Shown: one piece after another, positions 55,359 through 64,000 of the stretch
How positions within the stretch are numbered: position 1 is the stretch's first letter
Layout of the letters: every line of letters begins with the position of its first letter
Origin: an uncultured Planctomycetota bacterium
Lineage (GTDB): Bacteria > Planctomycetota > Planctomycetia > Isosphaerales > Isosphaeraceae
Length of the DNA stretch: 64,000 nt
Reading direction: 5' to 3'
Assembly: GCA_963845755.1 (NCBI GenBank)
Contig: CAWJTV010000036.1
Location: forward strand, 320,001 to 384,000
Notes under the pieces: generated by a model
What the model saw: only the letters and a program-made list of their open reading frames with translations
Told to the model about the DNA's origin: nothing
Databases searched by the model: none
Translations under genes and position numbers: made by a program

Positions 55359-58310
55359 CTACTCCATAAACATGAATTCGTTGGTCAACAACAACACCTG
55401 TGTCAACTGTTCCCAGGGAGAGAGTGGCGGGTCGGCGAGCGAGCCGCCGGTCTTGCCCTTCATGATCTGCTTCCAGCCGTCGAGCCGGGGCGCGGACGGT
55501 CCGGCCTCGCAGCGGAGGAACTCGGCCGCCAGCGCGAGCTCATCGGCATCGGGCGGGCGCGCGAGGACGCGGCGGTAGAGCCGGCGGATGCCGTCGGCCG
55601 GGTCGGCGGACGCGTCCTGCCCGATCGCGGCCGACAGCCGTCGCGCTTGCTGGTGCAGGAACGGGCTGTTCATCAGGAAGAGGGCTTGTTGCGGGACGGT
55701 CGTCACGAACCGTCGCGGGCTGGTCGCGTCGGGGACGGCGAAGTCGAACGTGCGATAGAGTCCGTCGAGGTTCTGGCGGTCGATGAAGCCGTAAACCGTG
55801 CGACGGGTCGAGAACGGGGCCTCGGTGATCGCCACCGGCCGGCCTCCGATCGCGGGGTCCAGGTCGCCCGAGACCGCCAGGATCGAGTCGCGCATCGCCT
55901 CGAAATCGAGCCGCTGGGGGCTGAACCGCCAGACCAACCGGTTCTCGGGGTCTTTCGAGGCGACATCCGGCCTCGGGGCGCTGCTCTGTTGATAGGTGCG
56001 GGAGAGCATGATCCGGCGGTGCATCGCCTTGATCGACCAGCCGTCGGCCTGGAACCCGGCGGCCAGGTGATCGAGCAGTTCGGGGTGGGACGGCGGGTCG
56101 CTCCGCAGGCCGAAGTCGCTGGGCGTGGTGACCAGTCCCTTGCCGAAGTGCCAGTGCCAGACGCGGTTGACCAGCACCCGGGCCGTGAGTGGGTTCCTGG
56201 CGTCGGCGATCGCCTGTGCCAGCTCGAGCCGGCCGCTCCCCTTGCGGAACGGCGGCGGCTCCGGCCCGGCGAGTACGTGGAGGAACCGGCGCGGGACCGC
56301 CTTGCCCGGCCGTCCCGGGTTGCCGCGGAGGAAGACATGCGGCTCGACCGGCTGGGGTGCATCGTTGAGCACCATGGCCCGAGCGGGGGCCGACGGATCG
56401 GTCGCATTCAGCCGATCGATGGCGCCGTTGAGCTGAGCGAGCTGATTCCCTTGCGTTTGGTCGAGGTAAAGGCGCCGGGGATACTCCGAAGCGGCAAGAG
56501 GCCCGCCCGGTCCGAAGAGTGCCTGGCGGAACGACTCCCATTCGGGCTCAGGAAGAGGCGTCGCGGACTGGGACTTGACCGACTTTTGCGCGACCTCTGC
56601 CTTCTGCCTCGCCTCGAGCTGGCCGAAAAGACCGACATACCGCGCGACAACCTCACTCATGCTCGACGGAGGCGAACCACTCAATAACGCCCGCGCGATC
56701 AGGGGATGAATCGCCTTGGCCGCCGCGATGGCCGGGTCCCGGTGGACGTCCGCCGCCCTGGTAACGAAGCGCTCGCGGGGCAAGGCGGCGAAGGCCAGCC
56801 AGGGGGCCAGGATCGGGTCGGACTTCGAGGCCGTCGCATCCAGACGCTGTTTCCAGAGCATCATCACGCCGCGAAGTCGTCGCGCATTCAGCTTGTCGGC
56901 CAGGGCGCGCTCCTCCAGTCGCGGGTTCCTCGTGTTGAAGTCGAGCTCATAACCGGCCTTCAGATACTGAGAGAACCGCGCGGCGAGGTCTCTCTGGACG
57001 TCGTCGCGACGCGCCGTGAGGTAAGCGTCCCGCTTCTTCTTGGCCGCCTCGAGTTTGCGCAAGAAGTCGGCGGATCGGTCGGCCTTGCCGGCCCCGGGCC
57101 AATCCAGCGCGGGGAGATCGGCCGGCTCGGTCGAGCTGGCGAAGACGCCGTAGAGCGAGTAATAGTCGTCGGTCGGGATCGGGTCGAACTTGTGATCGTG
57201 GCATCGGGCGCAGGTGACCGTCAGGCCGAGCAGACCGCGGCTGACGACGTCGATCCGATCGTCGATGATCTCATTCTGGTCCAGGAGGAACCTCCGGCCG
57301 ACCGTCAGGAACCCCATGGCGGCCAGGGGCCGGGTGTCGCCGTCCTGAGGGAGTTGATCGGCGGCGAGCTGCTGGATGATGAACCGATCGTAAGGCAAGT
57401 CGGCGTTGAAGGCGTTGATGACGTAGTCGCGATAGGTGAAGGCATAAGGATATCGGCGTTCCTGGGTGAAGACATAGCCCTTGGTATCGGCGTAACGTGC
57501 GACGTCGAGCCAGTGCCGCCCCCAGCGCTCGCCGTATCGCGGCGACGCCAGGAGTCGGTTGACCACGTTGGCGAAGGCGTCCGGCGACGCATCGGCCTCG
57601 AACGCCTCGACCTCGTCGGCCGTCGGAGGAACGCCCCAGAGGTCGATCGTGGCGCGGCGGATCAAGGCGCGCTTCCCGGCCGGCGGCGACGGAGCGATCC
57701 CCGCGGCTTCCAGCCGGGCCATGATGAACGCGTCGATCGGCGATTCACCCCAGCTCTTGTCATGCACTGGTGGCGGAAGGACCGTCCTCAACGGCCGGAA
57801 GGCCCAGTGGGCCGGCGCGTTGGCCGAGTGAGACATCGCCGCATTCTTGGCCGTATCGTCCGGCCAGGGCGCACCGAGGGAGACCCATCGCGTCAGGAAC
57901 TGCACGTCCGCGTCGGAGAGCTTCCCGTTCGGCGGCATCTTCAACTCGTCGTGCCGGTAAGTCACGGCCTGGACCATCAGGCTCGCCTCGGGCTTGGCCG
58001 GTACGACCGCCGGCCCGGTATCACCCCCCTTGAGCGCCGCTGCCTGGCTGTCGAGCCGCAGGCCCGACGACTGCTTCCGAGGCCCGTGGCACTTGACGCA
58101 CCGTTCGACCAGGATCGGCCGGACCCGCGCCTCGAAGAACTCGACCGCCTCCGGCGATGGCGAAGTCGCGACCGGCTTCGGCTCATCGGCCCGAGTTCGC
58201 AGGGCACCCAGGCCCCCGCTCTCCGCGATCACGGTAATGGCCAGCGCCAACCGGCAGAAACGTCCGATCCGGAATCTTCTCCCCAATCGCTCAGGTCGAT
58301 CTCGGTCCAT
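55359..58310 (-). CDS. PSD1 and planctomycete cytochrome c domain protein (DUF1549/DUF1553)
   Basis: CVKCH, YGERWGRHWLDVARYAD, CARCHDHKFDP, NPLTARVLVNRVW, PSHPELLD, PQQALFLMN. Confidence 0.92.
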   Translation of the reverse strand: MDRDRPERLGRRFRIGRFCRLALAITVIAESGGLGALRTRADEPKPVATSPSPEAVEFFEARVRPILVERCVKCHGPRKQSSGLRLDSQAAALKGGDTGPAVVPAKPEASLMVQAVTYRHDELKMPPNGKLSDADVQFLTRWVSLGAPWPDDTAKNAAMSHSANAPAHWAFRPLRTVLPPPVHDKSWGESPIDAFIMARLEAAGIAPSPPAGKRALIRRATIDLWGVPPTADEVEAFEADASPDAFANVVNRLLASPRYGERWGRHWLDVARYADTKGYVFTQERRYPYAFTYRDYVINAFNADLPYDRFIIQQLAADQLPQDGDTRPLAAMGFLTVGRRFLLDQNEIIDDRIDVVSRGLLGLTVTCARCHDHKFDPIPTDDYYSLYGVFASSTEPADLPALDWPGAGKADRSADFLRKLEAAKKKRDAYLTARRDDVQRDLAARFSQYLKAGYELDFNTRNPRLEERALADKLNARRLRGVMMLWKQRLDATASKSDPILAPWLAFAALPRERFVTRAADVHRDPAIAAAKAIHPLIARALLSGSPPSSMSEVVARYVGLFGQLEARQKAEVAQKSVKSQSATPLPEPEWESFRQALFGPGGPLAASEYPRRLYLDQTQGNQLAQLNGAIDRLNATDPSAPARAMVLNDAPQPVEPHVFLRGNPGRPGKAVPRRFLHVLAGPEPPPFRKGSGRLELAQAIADARNPLTARVLVNRVWHWHFGKGLVTTPSDFGLRSDPPSHPELLDHLAAGFQADGWSIKAMHRRIMLSRTYQQSSAPRPDVASKDPENRLVWRFSPQRLDFEAMRDSILAVSGDLDPAIGGRPVAITEAPFSTRRTVYGFIDRQNLDGLYRTFDFAVPDATSPRRFVTTVPQQALFLMNSPFLHQQARRLSAAIGQDASADPADGIRRLYRRVLARPPDADELALAAEFLRCEAGPSAPRLDGWKQIMKGKTGGSLADPPLSPWEQLTQVLLLTNEFMFME

Positions 58311-58690
58311 GCCACGATCCTTGAGTTAGCGAGCTTCCGGGTCTGTAGGTCGTCCGGTCACGGTGGGATGGCTCGGTTTGGGGGAGGCAGCCGGGCGGGT
58401 CTGGGGTTCTCAATCGTCGATCAACCCCAGCAAGAGATCGGCCACCGCGAGCCACTGTCAGCCGATCGGTCATTAATCGATATTCGACCGCCTTCATTAT
58501 TCCTTCCTCCACTCACGCTGGCAACCCCCGAGAACGGTGCTGCCCGGTTTGCCCCGCCCTCACCGACCTGGGCTCGCCTGGCGCGTTTTGGGGATGACCC
58601 GCCGTGAGTTCGTTCGGCGCGACCCAGGGGTGACTGGCAATTTCCCTTCATTTGATAAATTCGATTCATTTTACCTATTCTTCCTAATTT

Positions 58691-58842
58691 TGGGTTCGTT
58701 TCGTTGATTTCGTACTCTTCGGACCCGTGTCCTGGCTTCGTTTCGTCGATTTCGTGTTCGGGCGACCGCGTGCTCTGGGTTCGTTTCGTCGATTTGGCGC
58801 GGGTCGGCCCGCCCGACTGGGTTCGTTTCGTCGTTTTCGTTT
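58691..58842. repeat. Four copies of a ~21-nt motif (GGGTTCGTTTCGTCGATTTCG consensus) at 42-43 bp spacing
   Basis: Copies start at 58692, 58734, 58777 and 58819 with dissimilar intervening sequence. Confidence 0.8.
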
Positions 58843-59436
58843 CCGATGATCGCCGAGCGCTCCGCCGCCCGATTTCGATCCAGGTCTTCATGCTACCACT
58901 CACTCTCTTCGCCTTTTTGCGCACCCCGAACGCCGCCAGGAAGTCCCGATACCTTTTATTAATGGACACTTTTGAAGAATTAGCAACTCGGCTCCGGGAA
59001 TTCGTGAGATGGGTTCGGGTGTTTGGAGACGACCATCGGCTCCGATCGCAGGAGGACTTCTCCTCAATAGAGCGAGGGCATCTTGGCGTGAACGTGGAAC
59101 ACGATTTGAAATCAACTTGTTGGTATTATGGGTGCGTGCACGGATGTTTCATGGGTTTCCTGGAGAGCAGTCATGACTAGCGGCATACCGGTACACGCCC
59201 TTTTTTGGTTTTTCGGGAATTTTTTTTGGGGATGACAGTAGAAGTCCTACCCCTCGTCCTACGATGCAGTTATGATCGGACGCTGAGGGGGGTGGATGAC
59301 CCCACGCAACCCACGAGGACGGAGTCTCGACGGAGCAAGATCGGGCCACGGTGAAGGTGAATCACTCCACACTCAGAACCTGACGTCGAGTCGAAAGCCG
59401 CGTTGAAGGTGTGGGTGCTCCGGAGGAGTTCGGGCC

Positions 59437-60421
59437 ATGTATAAGGCCGCGCGACCGCCTGTGCGGCGGATGATGGTGATTGACCAGGCGCTGCGGGCCA
59501 ACCGGTGGCCTAACTCCACAACGCTCGCCAGGGAGCTGGAAGTCACCATCCGGACGGTCCGGCGCGACGTCGCCTACCTGCGGAATCAATTGCGCGCGCC
59601 GATTCGATTCGACCCACGACGCAACGGTTATCACTACACGGAGCCGACCTACCGGTTACCCCTCTTTCAGCTCACCGAGGGGGAGCTCATCCGCTCTACC
59701 TGGTCGAGCGGCTCATGAGGCAATTGGAGGGGACGCCGTTCGAGTCGGACTTGCGACAGGCGATTGCCAAGCTGGGCGAGTTGCTCCCCGACGGCGTGTC
59801 GATCCGCCTCGACGCGATGGCCGACATGCTGTCAATCCTCCCGGCGGTCCGGCCGTATTACGACCCGGAATCGTTCTGCGCCCTCACGACGGCCGTCGCC
59901 TGCCGACACCGGGTGGAGATGGTCTACTGGACGGCGAGCCGGAACGAGACGACCCGGCGCACATTCGACCCGTACGATCTGGTCCTGATCGAAGACGGCT
60001 GGTATGCGGTCGGCTATTGCCATCTCCGCGCGGAGGTCCGGACGTTCGCCGTGCAGCGCGTCCGGTCGTTGCGCGCGACGGGCGAGACGTTCGACCGCCC
60101 GGCCGACTTCCGGCTCGAGGACTACATGAGAGGCTGCTTCCGGCCGTCCGCGGCGACGGTGATCATCGAGGTCGTCCTCCGCTTCACGCCCGACGTCGCT
60201 GGCCGGATCGCCGAGAAACAATGGCACCCGAGCCAGACTATCGAACACCAGCCCGACGGCAGCCTGATCGTCCGGTTCCGGCTTTCGAGCCTCGTCGAAG
60301 TGAAGCGATGGGCGATGTATTGGGGGGAAGCATGCGAGGTGATGGGCCAAGTGTTCTGCGCGAGGCCATCGCGGAGGAAATCGAGAGAATGGCGGCAACT
60401 ACCTATCTGAAAGGCGTTTAA
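59437..60421 (+). CDS. wHTH-WYL-WCX transcriptional regulator (frameshifted)
   Basis: LARELEVTIRTVRRDVAYLR; RRTFDPYDLV...GWYAVGYCHLRAEVRTFAVQRV; WHPSQ; EVKRWAMYWG. Confidence 0.9.
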
Positions 60422-60532
60422 GGAAAATGGCGTGTCGTCGAGCGAAAAAGGAGGCCCTTCTTGGGGTCGAGATCACGTATTACAAGATGTGGAGAGAGTG
60501 TTGCTTGTAGTTTCCAAGTAGTGAGGTCTGCC

Positions 60533-61029
60533 ATGACATCGTACGAGACATCGGTCGTCATGAGACTTTGGATGCTGGTCGTCCGTTTTCTCCGTCGGAA
60601 GGGTTTTCAGGAGAGCGTCGCTGAGGACATCGCAAGCGCAATGCGTGTGAGCATGATCGAGAGACATTCGCAATTCTTGCAGGGAGGATATCCCTCGAAA
60701 CTACCTCGTTGCCTGTCTCGGGAAGCCCTATCCAGAGCCTCCGTTGCATTGAAACGATCACAACGAGTAAAGAATCTAGATCCTCATGACATGGATATGA
60801 CTCTGAATTTCGAGGCCAATGCAGCCAAAGCAAGCTTTCTTCGTGTCAGGAAGCGCGATACGACGGCCTCAGGATGTTTCTCAGCGAGGCAAAGATCAAG
60901 AAATTGGAGGAGTGCACTTCCGCCTGCGGCGGCGAGAAACCGAGGCAGTCTGATCTGGCCAGATCGATTGGCATGAAACGGAAGAAGTGGAAAGCTCTAC
61001 GAGACAAGATGAGAGCATTCCTAGCCTAG
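60533..61029 (+). CDS. Divergent ECF sigma-70-like / HTH protein (~165 aa if one frameshift between about 60790 and 60850 is corrected)
   Basis: GAGGT then ATG 60533. N-half VRFLRRKGFQESVAEDIA...LSREALSRA...LKRSQR resembles sigma region 2. Alternate frame open 60790-61029 gives LSEAKIKKLE...RQSDLARSIGMKRKKWKALRDKMRAFLA*, resembling region 4. Confidence 0.5.
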
Positions 61030-61153
61030 ATTTGTGATTTCCATAATAACAAGGATTGAAACCTTGTGAGTTTTCAAGCAGGAACGAACCCCAGCGATTC
61101 GTGCCCGACTCGGGCACGGTCGCCCGTCGGTTCCATCAGAACCCTATTCACAC
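61026..61153 (+). CRISPR. Mini-array / crRNA-like RNA: one 37-nt type I-B-style repeat, one spacer, a hairpin and a degenerate second repeat
   Basis: Repeat CTAGATTTGTGATTTCCATAATAACAAGGATTGAAAC (61026-61062); spacer from 61063 CTTGTGAGTTTTCAAGCAGG...; hairpin CGTGCCCGACTCGGGCACG (61100-61118); degenerate repeat GTCGCCCGTCGGTTCCATCAGAACCCTATTCACAC (61119-61153). Directly upstream of cas6. Confidence 0.75.
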
Positions 61154-61172
61154 GTTGAGATCGGAGGCAGAT

Positions 61173-61848
61173 TTGACAGGCGTCGTCGACAAGACGATCG
61201 ACTTCATGAGCATCCAGCATGATCTGGGCGTTCGGCTCACAATGTCGCATGCCCGTTGGCTTCGCGGGGCAGTCATTCGGCGCGCCAACCGGCCCGAATT
61301 TCATCAGCATGACGACGATGGGGTGATCTATCGCCATCCACTGATCCGCTACGACGTAAGCACGGGCTCGGCGAGATCGCCGGCCTCGCCGAAGGTGCTT
61401 TACTACTCCGATCCATGCCTGCCCTTGAAGCGTTCTCGCTAGGAGGCGAAACCTTGAGAGTCCGGCAGCGAGATGTCGAGGTGACCCGCGTCGAGATCGG
61501 CCCCACAACAGATCCGATCCATTATTCGTTTCAGACCCCTTATCTGGGCTTGAACCAGCAGAACCACCACGATTGGGACGCAGCTCCGATCCGGAACGTC
61601 GGTGTCTGCTCAGTCGGATTGTGATCGGTAACCTGCTCTCGCTGTCTAAGGCAATCGGGCTGCACGTCTCCGAGCGTTTGCATGCTGAGGTTGACTTGGA
61701 GCCCTGCGGGATGCAGACTCTCAAGCCCGGTCTCGCTTTGCTCGGCTTCCGAGGCTCGGTCCGGATCAACTTTCGGTTGCCGACCCGGTGGGGGATCGGC
61801 AAGAGCAGCGCCCGCGGTTTCGGGACCTTGGTTGTTCAGGAGGCGTGA
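61173..61848 (+). CDS. cas6: CRISPR-associated endoribonuclease Cas6 (Cas6b-like), two frameshifts
   Basis: GGAGG then TTG 61173; LRGA...FHQH....IYRHPLIRY, TPYLGLNQQN, IVIGNLLSLSKAIG, Gly-rich GIGKSSARGFG. Confidence 0.88.
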
Positions 61849-61849
61849 G

Positions 61850-63844
61850 ATGGCCAAATCCAAGTCTTCATCCGGTTCCGTCTCGAACGTGGCCATCGAG
61901 TTTCCACGGACGGGTAATCCCTGGACTGATGCCGGGACCGTCGGCCTTTACCGCATATTGAACCGAGGGAAGTCGAGTTACGTCGACCCGCCGGCTGATC
62001 TTGACTTCGATCTCGTTCAAGCGTCACGGTTCCCTGATGTCCGATTCGACGAGCTGCAGCAAGATCGGTTCGTGATCAGGGGACCGACGGACCAGGTTCA
62101 AGCCTGCCTGGAAGCGGCCTATGAGCGCCTCGTGTCAATCTACTTCAACGTATCGAGCAAGAAGCAAAAGGAGGAGAAGGGGACCTACAATTTTTATTAC
62201 TGTCGCTCTGAGCAGGACTTCATCTCATTCGCCAAGAAGAAAGCGGCCGGAGCGGCGCTGCTACTCTTCGATAAGGCCGCGAGGCCATCCCGGGATCAAG
62301 CGGAGTGGGGGACCTTACCCGATGCGCGCGGCAAGCCCGTCCGGACAGCCGGTCGGATGCCACCAGATTATGCCCACCTCCAGGAGAAGCTTGATGAGTT
62401 TCTGACTCGTGAAGGTCTCAAGCCTGGGCCACCGGCCGGCCTGCTCATCGACGGACCCAACCAGGTCCGGCCCAAGGTCGAGATCCGCGTCGCTGACCAT
62501 TCCGCCAAGCCCAAGTCCTTCTGTTTCTTGAGCGGTGACCCCGGCTCCACGTTCGTCGAGGCCAAGGAGACGGCATTTCCGCTCCTGGGAGGCAGCCGGT
62601 CGTTCATCAATGGCGTCGCTGACTGGCCCCGCATGGGTTGGAAGATCGACTTCGTCGGGAAGTTCGTCCCTGCCGTCTCGTTCTTCTATCTCCAGGGTGA
62701 GGATATCCACGTCTTTTTTCCGGAATCGACCAACCTCCGGCGCATCGATGCACTGGCCGATATGCTGGCGGGCATGGTCCAACTCGAACCGAACCTCTTC
62801 AGGAATTTCGAGTTGTTGCTGAGCTCACCGAAGCTCCGGCCCTTCTTCCAGCGCCGCTCCGAAGTGGCTCTGGGGTTTCTATACACCGTGTTCGTCAAGC
62901 TCAGCGAACATCAGTCGCCCCCGATTGCCACGAAGCAGGGCGATTCAGCCGTCGGCTCGCGGCTCGTCTCGCTCGACGACGAGCCGGAGACACCCGAAGG
63001 ATCGGAGGAGGCCGAAGAAGAGCCGATCTCGATCGACGCCGTCTTCGGTGCCCTGCAAAGAGAAGGGGCGACAAGCTTCACCGTGGTCTCGGCTTCGAAG
63101 AAGGGGAACGTCTGGATGGCCCGCGACTTCACGACGTTTCGGGACATCGAGCGTCTGGCCCGGCTCTTCGCCCGCATGCAAAGACGGATCCAGATGAAGG
63201 ACGGGCGCGGCCGGTACGAGTGCGACCCGAAGAAGCTCATGGCTGCGCTCATCGACTTCGAGGCCAAGGCCGAGTCTCGTACCTTGCTCCGCGACAAAGT
63301 CTGTGAATCGCTCCTTCAGGGCGCAAGCGTACTGCCGCTACTGGAGCGGCATGCTTTTCACATCAACCCCCATGCCGATACGAGTCAGGCGCGGTCCGTT
63401 GGACCGCTGCTCGAATTCGCCCGGCTCTACGAACCGGAATTGCGGAAAGGAACTGATATGGAAGAACCCTATTCGCAGATGGTGAAAACCGCGACCTGGC
63501 TTGGCGACTCGATTGGCAAGGCACTCGCCCAAGCGGTGCTGGGAAGGAGCGATGACCAAGCCGAGGAGGGGCAGGCCAGAGAAGCCGCTCAGAAAGAGAG
63601 CCCGGGGCGGGCCAAGGGCGGTCTCTTCCGCTTGCGGAAGACTCGCACCATCGCCGACTTCGTCAACGAACTGGCCCGGCTCCAGTTTCGATACAAGATC
63701 GACGTTCCCAAGGAGGTGCTCGACGGCGATACGTTCTGCCCCGATCTCTTCGAGGAGTTTCGCGGGTTTTGTGTCGTCGCCGCGTTGAATCGGTTCCAGT
63801 ACCTGACCCGCAAGCGTACGCAGGCGCCGAACACGACCAACTGA
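61850..63844 (+). CDS. cas8: Type I-B large subunit Cas8 (Cst1/Cas8a1-like)
   Basis: N-terminal TGNPWTDAG.VGL motif; ~664 aa; lies between cas6 and cas7 with tight coupling. Confidence 0.75.
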   Translation: MAKSKSSSGSVSNVAIEFPRTGNPWTDAGTVGLYRILNRGKSSYVDPPADLDFDLVQASRFPDVRFDELQQDRFVIRGPTDQVQACLEAAYERLVSIYFNVSSKKQKEEKGTYNFYYCRSEQDFISFAKKKAAGAALLLFDKAARPSRDQAEWGTLPDARGKPVRTAGRMPPDYAHLQEKLDEFLTREGLKPGPPAGLLIDGPNQVRPKVEIRVADHSAKPKSFCFLSGDPGSTFVEAKETAFPLLGGSRSFINGVADWPRMGWKIDFVGKFVPAVSFFYLQGEDIHVFFPESTNLRRIDALADMLAGMVQLEPNLFRNFELLLSSPKLRPFFQRRSEVALGFLYTVFVKLSEHQSPPIATKQGDSAVGSRLVSLDDEPETPEGSEEAEEEPISIDAVFGALQREGATSFTVVSASKKGNVWMARDFTTFRDIERLARLFARMQRRIQMKDGRGRYECDPKKLMAALIDFEAKAESRTLLRDKVCESLLQGASVLPLLERHAFHINPHADTSQARSVGPLLEFARLYEPELRKGTDMEEPYSQMVKTATWLGDSIGKALAQAVLGRSDDQAEEGQAREAAQKESPGRAKGGLFRLRKTRTIADFVNELARLQFRYKIDVPKEVLDGDTFCPDLFEEFRGFCVVAALNRFQYLTRKRTQAPNTTN

Positions 63845-63857
63845 GGAGACCGCAACC

Positions 63858-64000
63858 GTGCCGACGATCAAGCAAGCTAAGGCCTTGACGATCACGTTTC
63901 TGACCCCGGTGTCGCTCGGCTCGCTCAACGGAAGCGACAAGGAAGCCGACAACCTGAGCAGCATCAAGAAGCTGACGCGCGGAACGAAGACCTATCCTTA
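63858..64000 (+). CDS. cas7: Cas7 (Cst2/DevR family), 5' part only
   Basis: GAGGAG then GTG 63858: VPTIKQAKALTITFLTPVSLGSLNGSDKEADNLSSIKKLTRGTKTYP; SLN...N...IKK....YP pattern. Confidence 0.8.
   Translation, partial: MPTIKQAKALTITFLTPVSLGSLNGSDKEADNLSSIKKLTRGTKTYP

Noticed and set aside
58691..58842. Possible CRISPR array
   Set aside because: Repeats and spacers of ~21 nt are too short, the repeats are degenerate and unlike the Cas6b-type repeat, and a 14-codon coding explanation exists.
59113..59130. Second possible target of the crlRNA spacer (CTTGTTGGTATT)
   Set aside because: Only the first 5 nt match contiguously, with mismatches at paired positions 7 and 10 and a different flanking triplet (CAA). 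Likely chance.
59437..61848. WYL and cas6 as true pseudogenes (dead CRISPR locus)
   Set aside because: Their frameshifts match the window-wide indel pattern, all motifs are intact, and cas8 is uninterrupted.

Overview
High-GC planctomycete-type DNA, probably Isosphaeraceae-like (inferred from the LEPR-XLL adhesin, PSD1/cytochrome c-DUF1501 pair, PVC-type heme protein and REP-like palindromes). Many genes carry single-base frameshifts that look like long-read assembly errors. Left to right: three tandem DUF4157 (eCIS-core) proteins with different metalloprotease-like C-termini, one ending in a CFI-box-CTERM; asnB; a PP2C phosphatase; a ~2000-aa adhesin with three near-identical 507-bp repeats; the rplY-pth-(four-helix bundle)-rpsF-rluA cluster; a block of secreted proteins including two caspase-like paralogs; bcp; a beta-helix protein; trmL; a TetR-MFP-2xRND efflux operon; a duplicated [DUF433/PIN toxin-antitoxin + DUF4062-NB-ARC-TPR] module; heme/DUF1501/PSD1 genes; and the start of a type I-B CRISPR-Cas locus (WYL regulator, cas6, cas8, cas7). 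The top observation lies between WYL and cas6. A divergent ECF-sigma-like ORF is followed directly by a solitary CRISPR repeat. The spacer after that repeat matches, next to a TTG PAM-like triplet, the DNA just upstream of the same ORF. This is a candidate crRNA-like RNA (CreA/CreR-type) circuit placing a sigma-like gene under Cascade control. All family calls come from motif recognition by eye; no database search was run.
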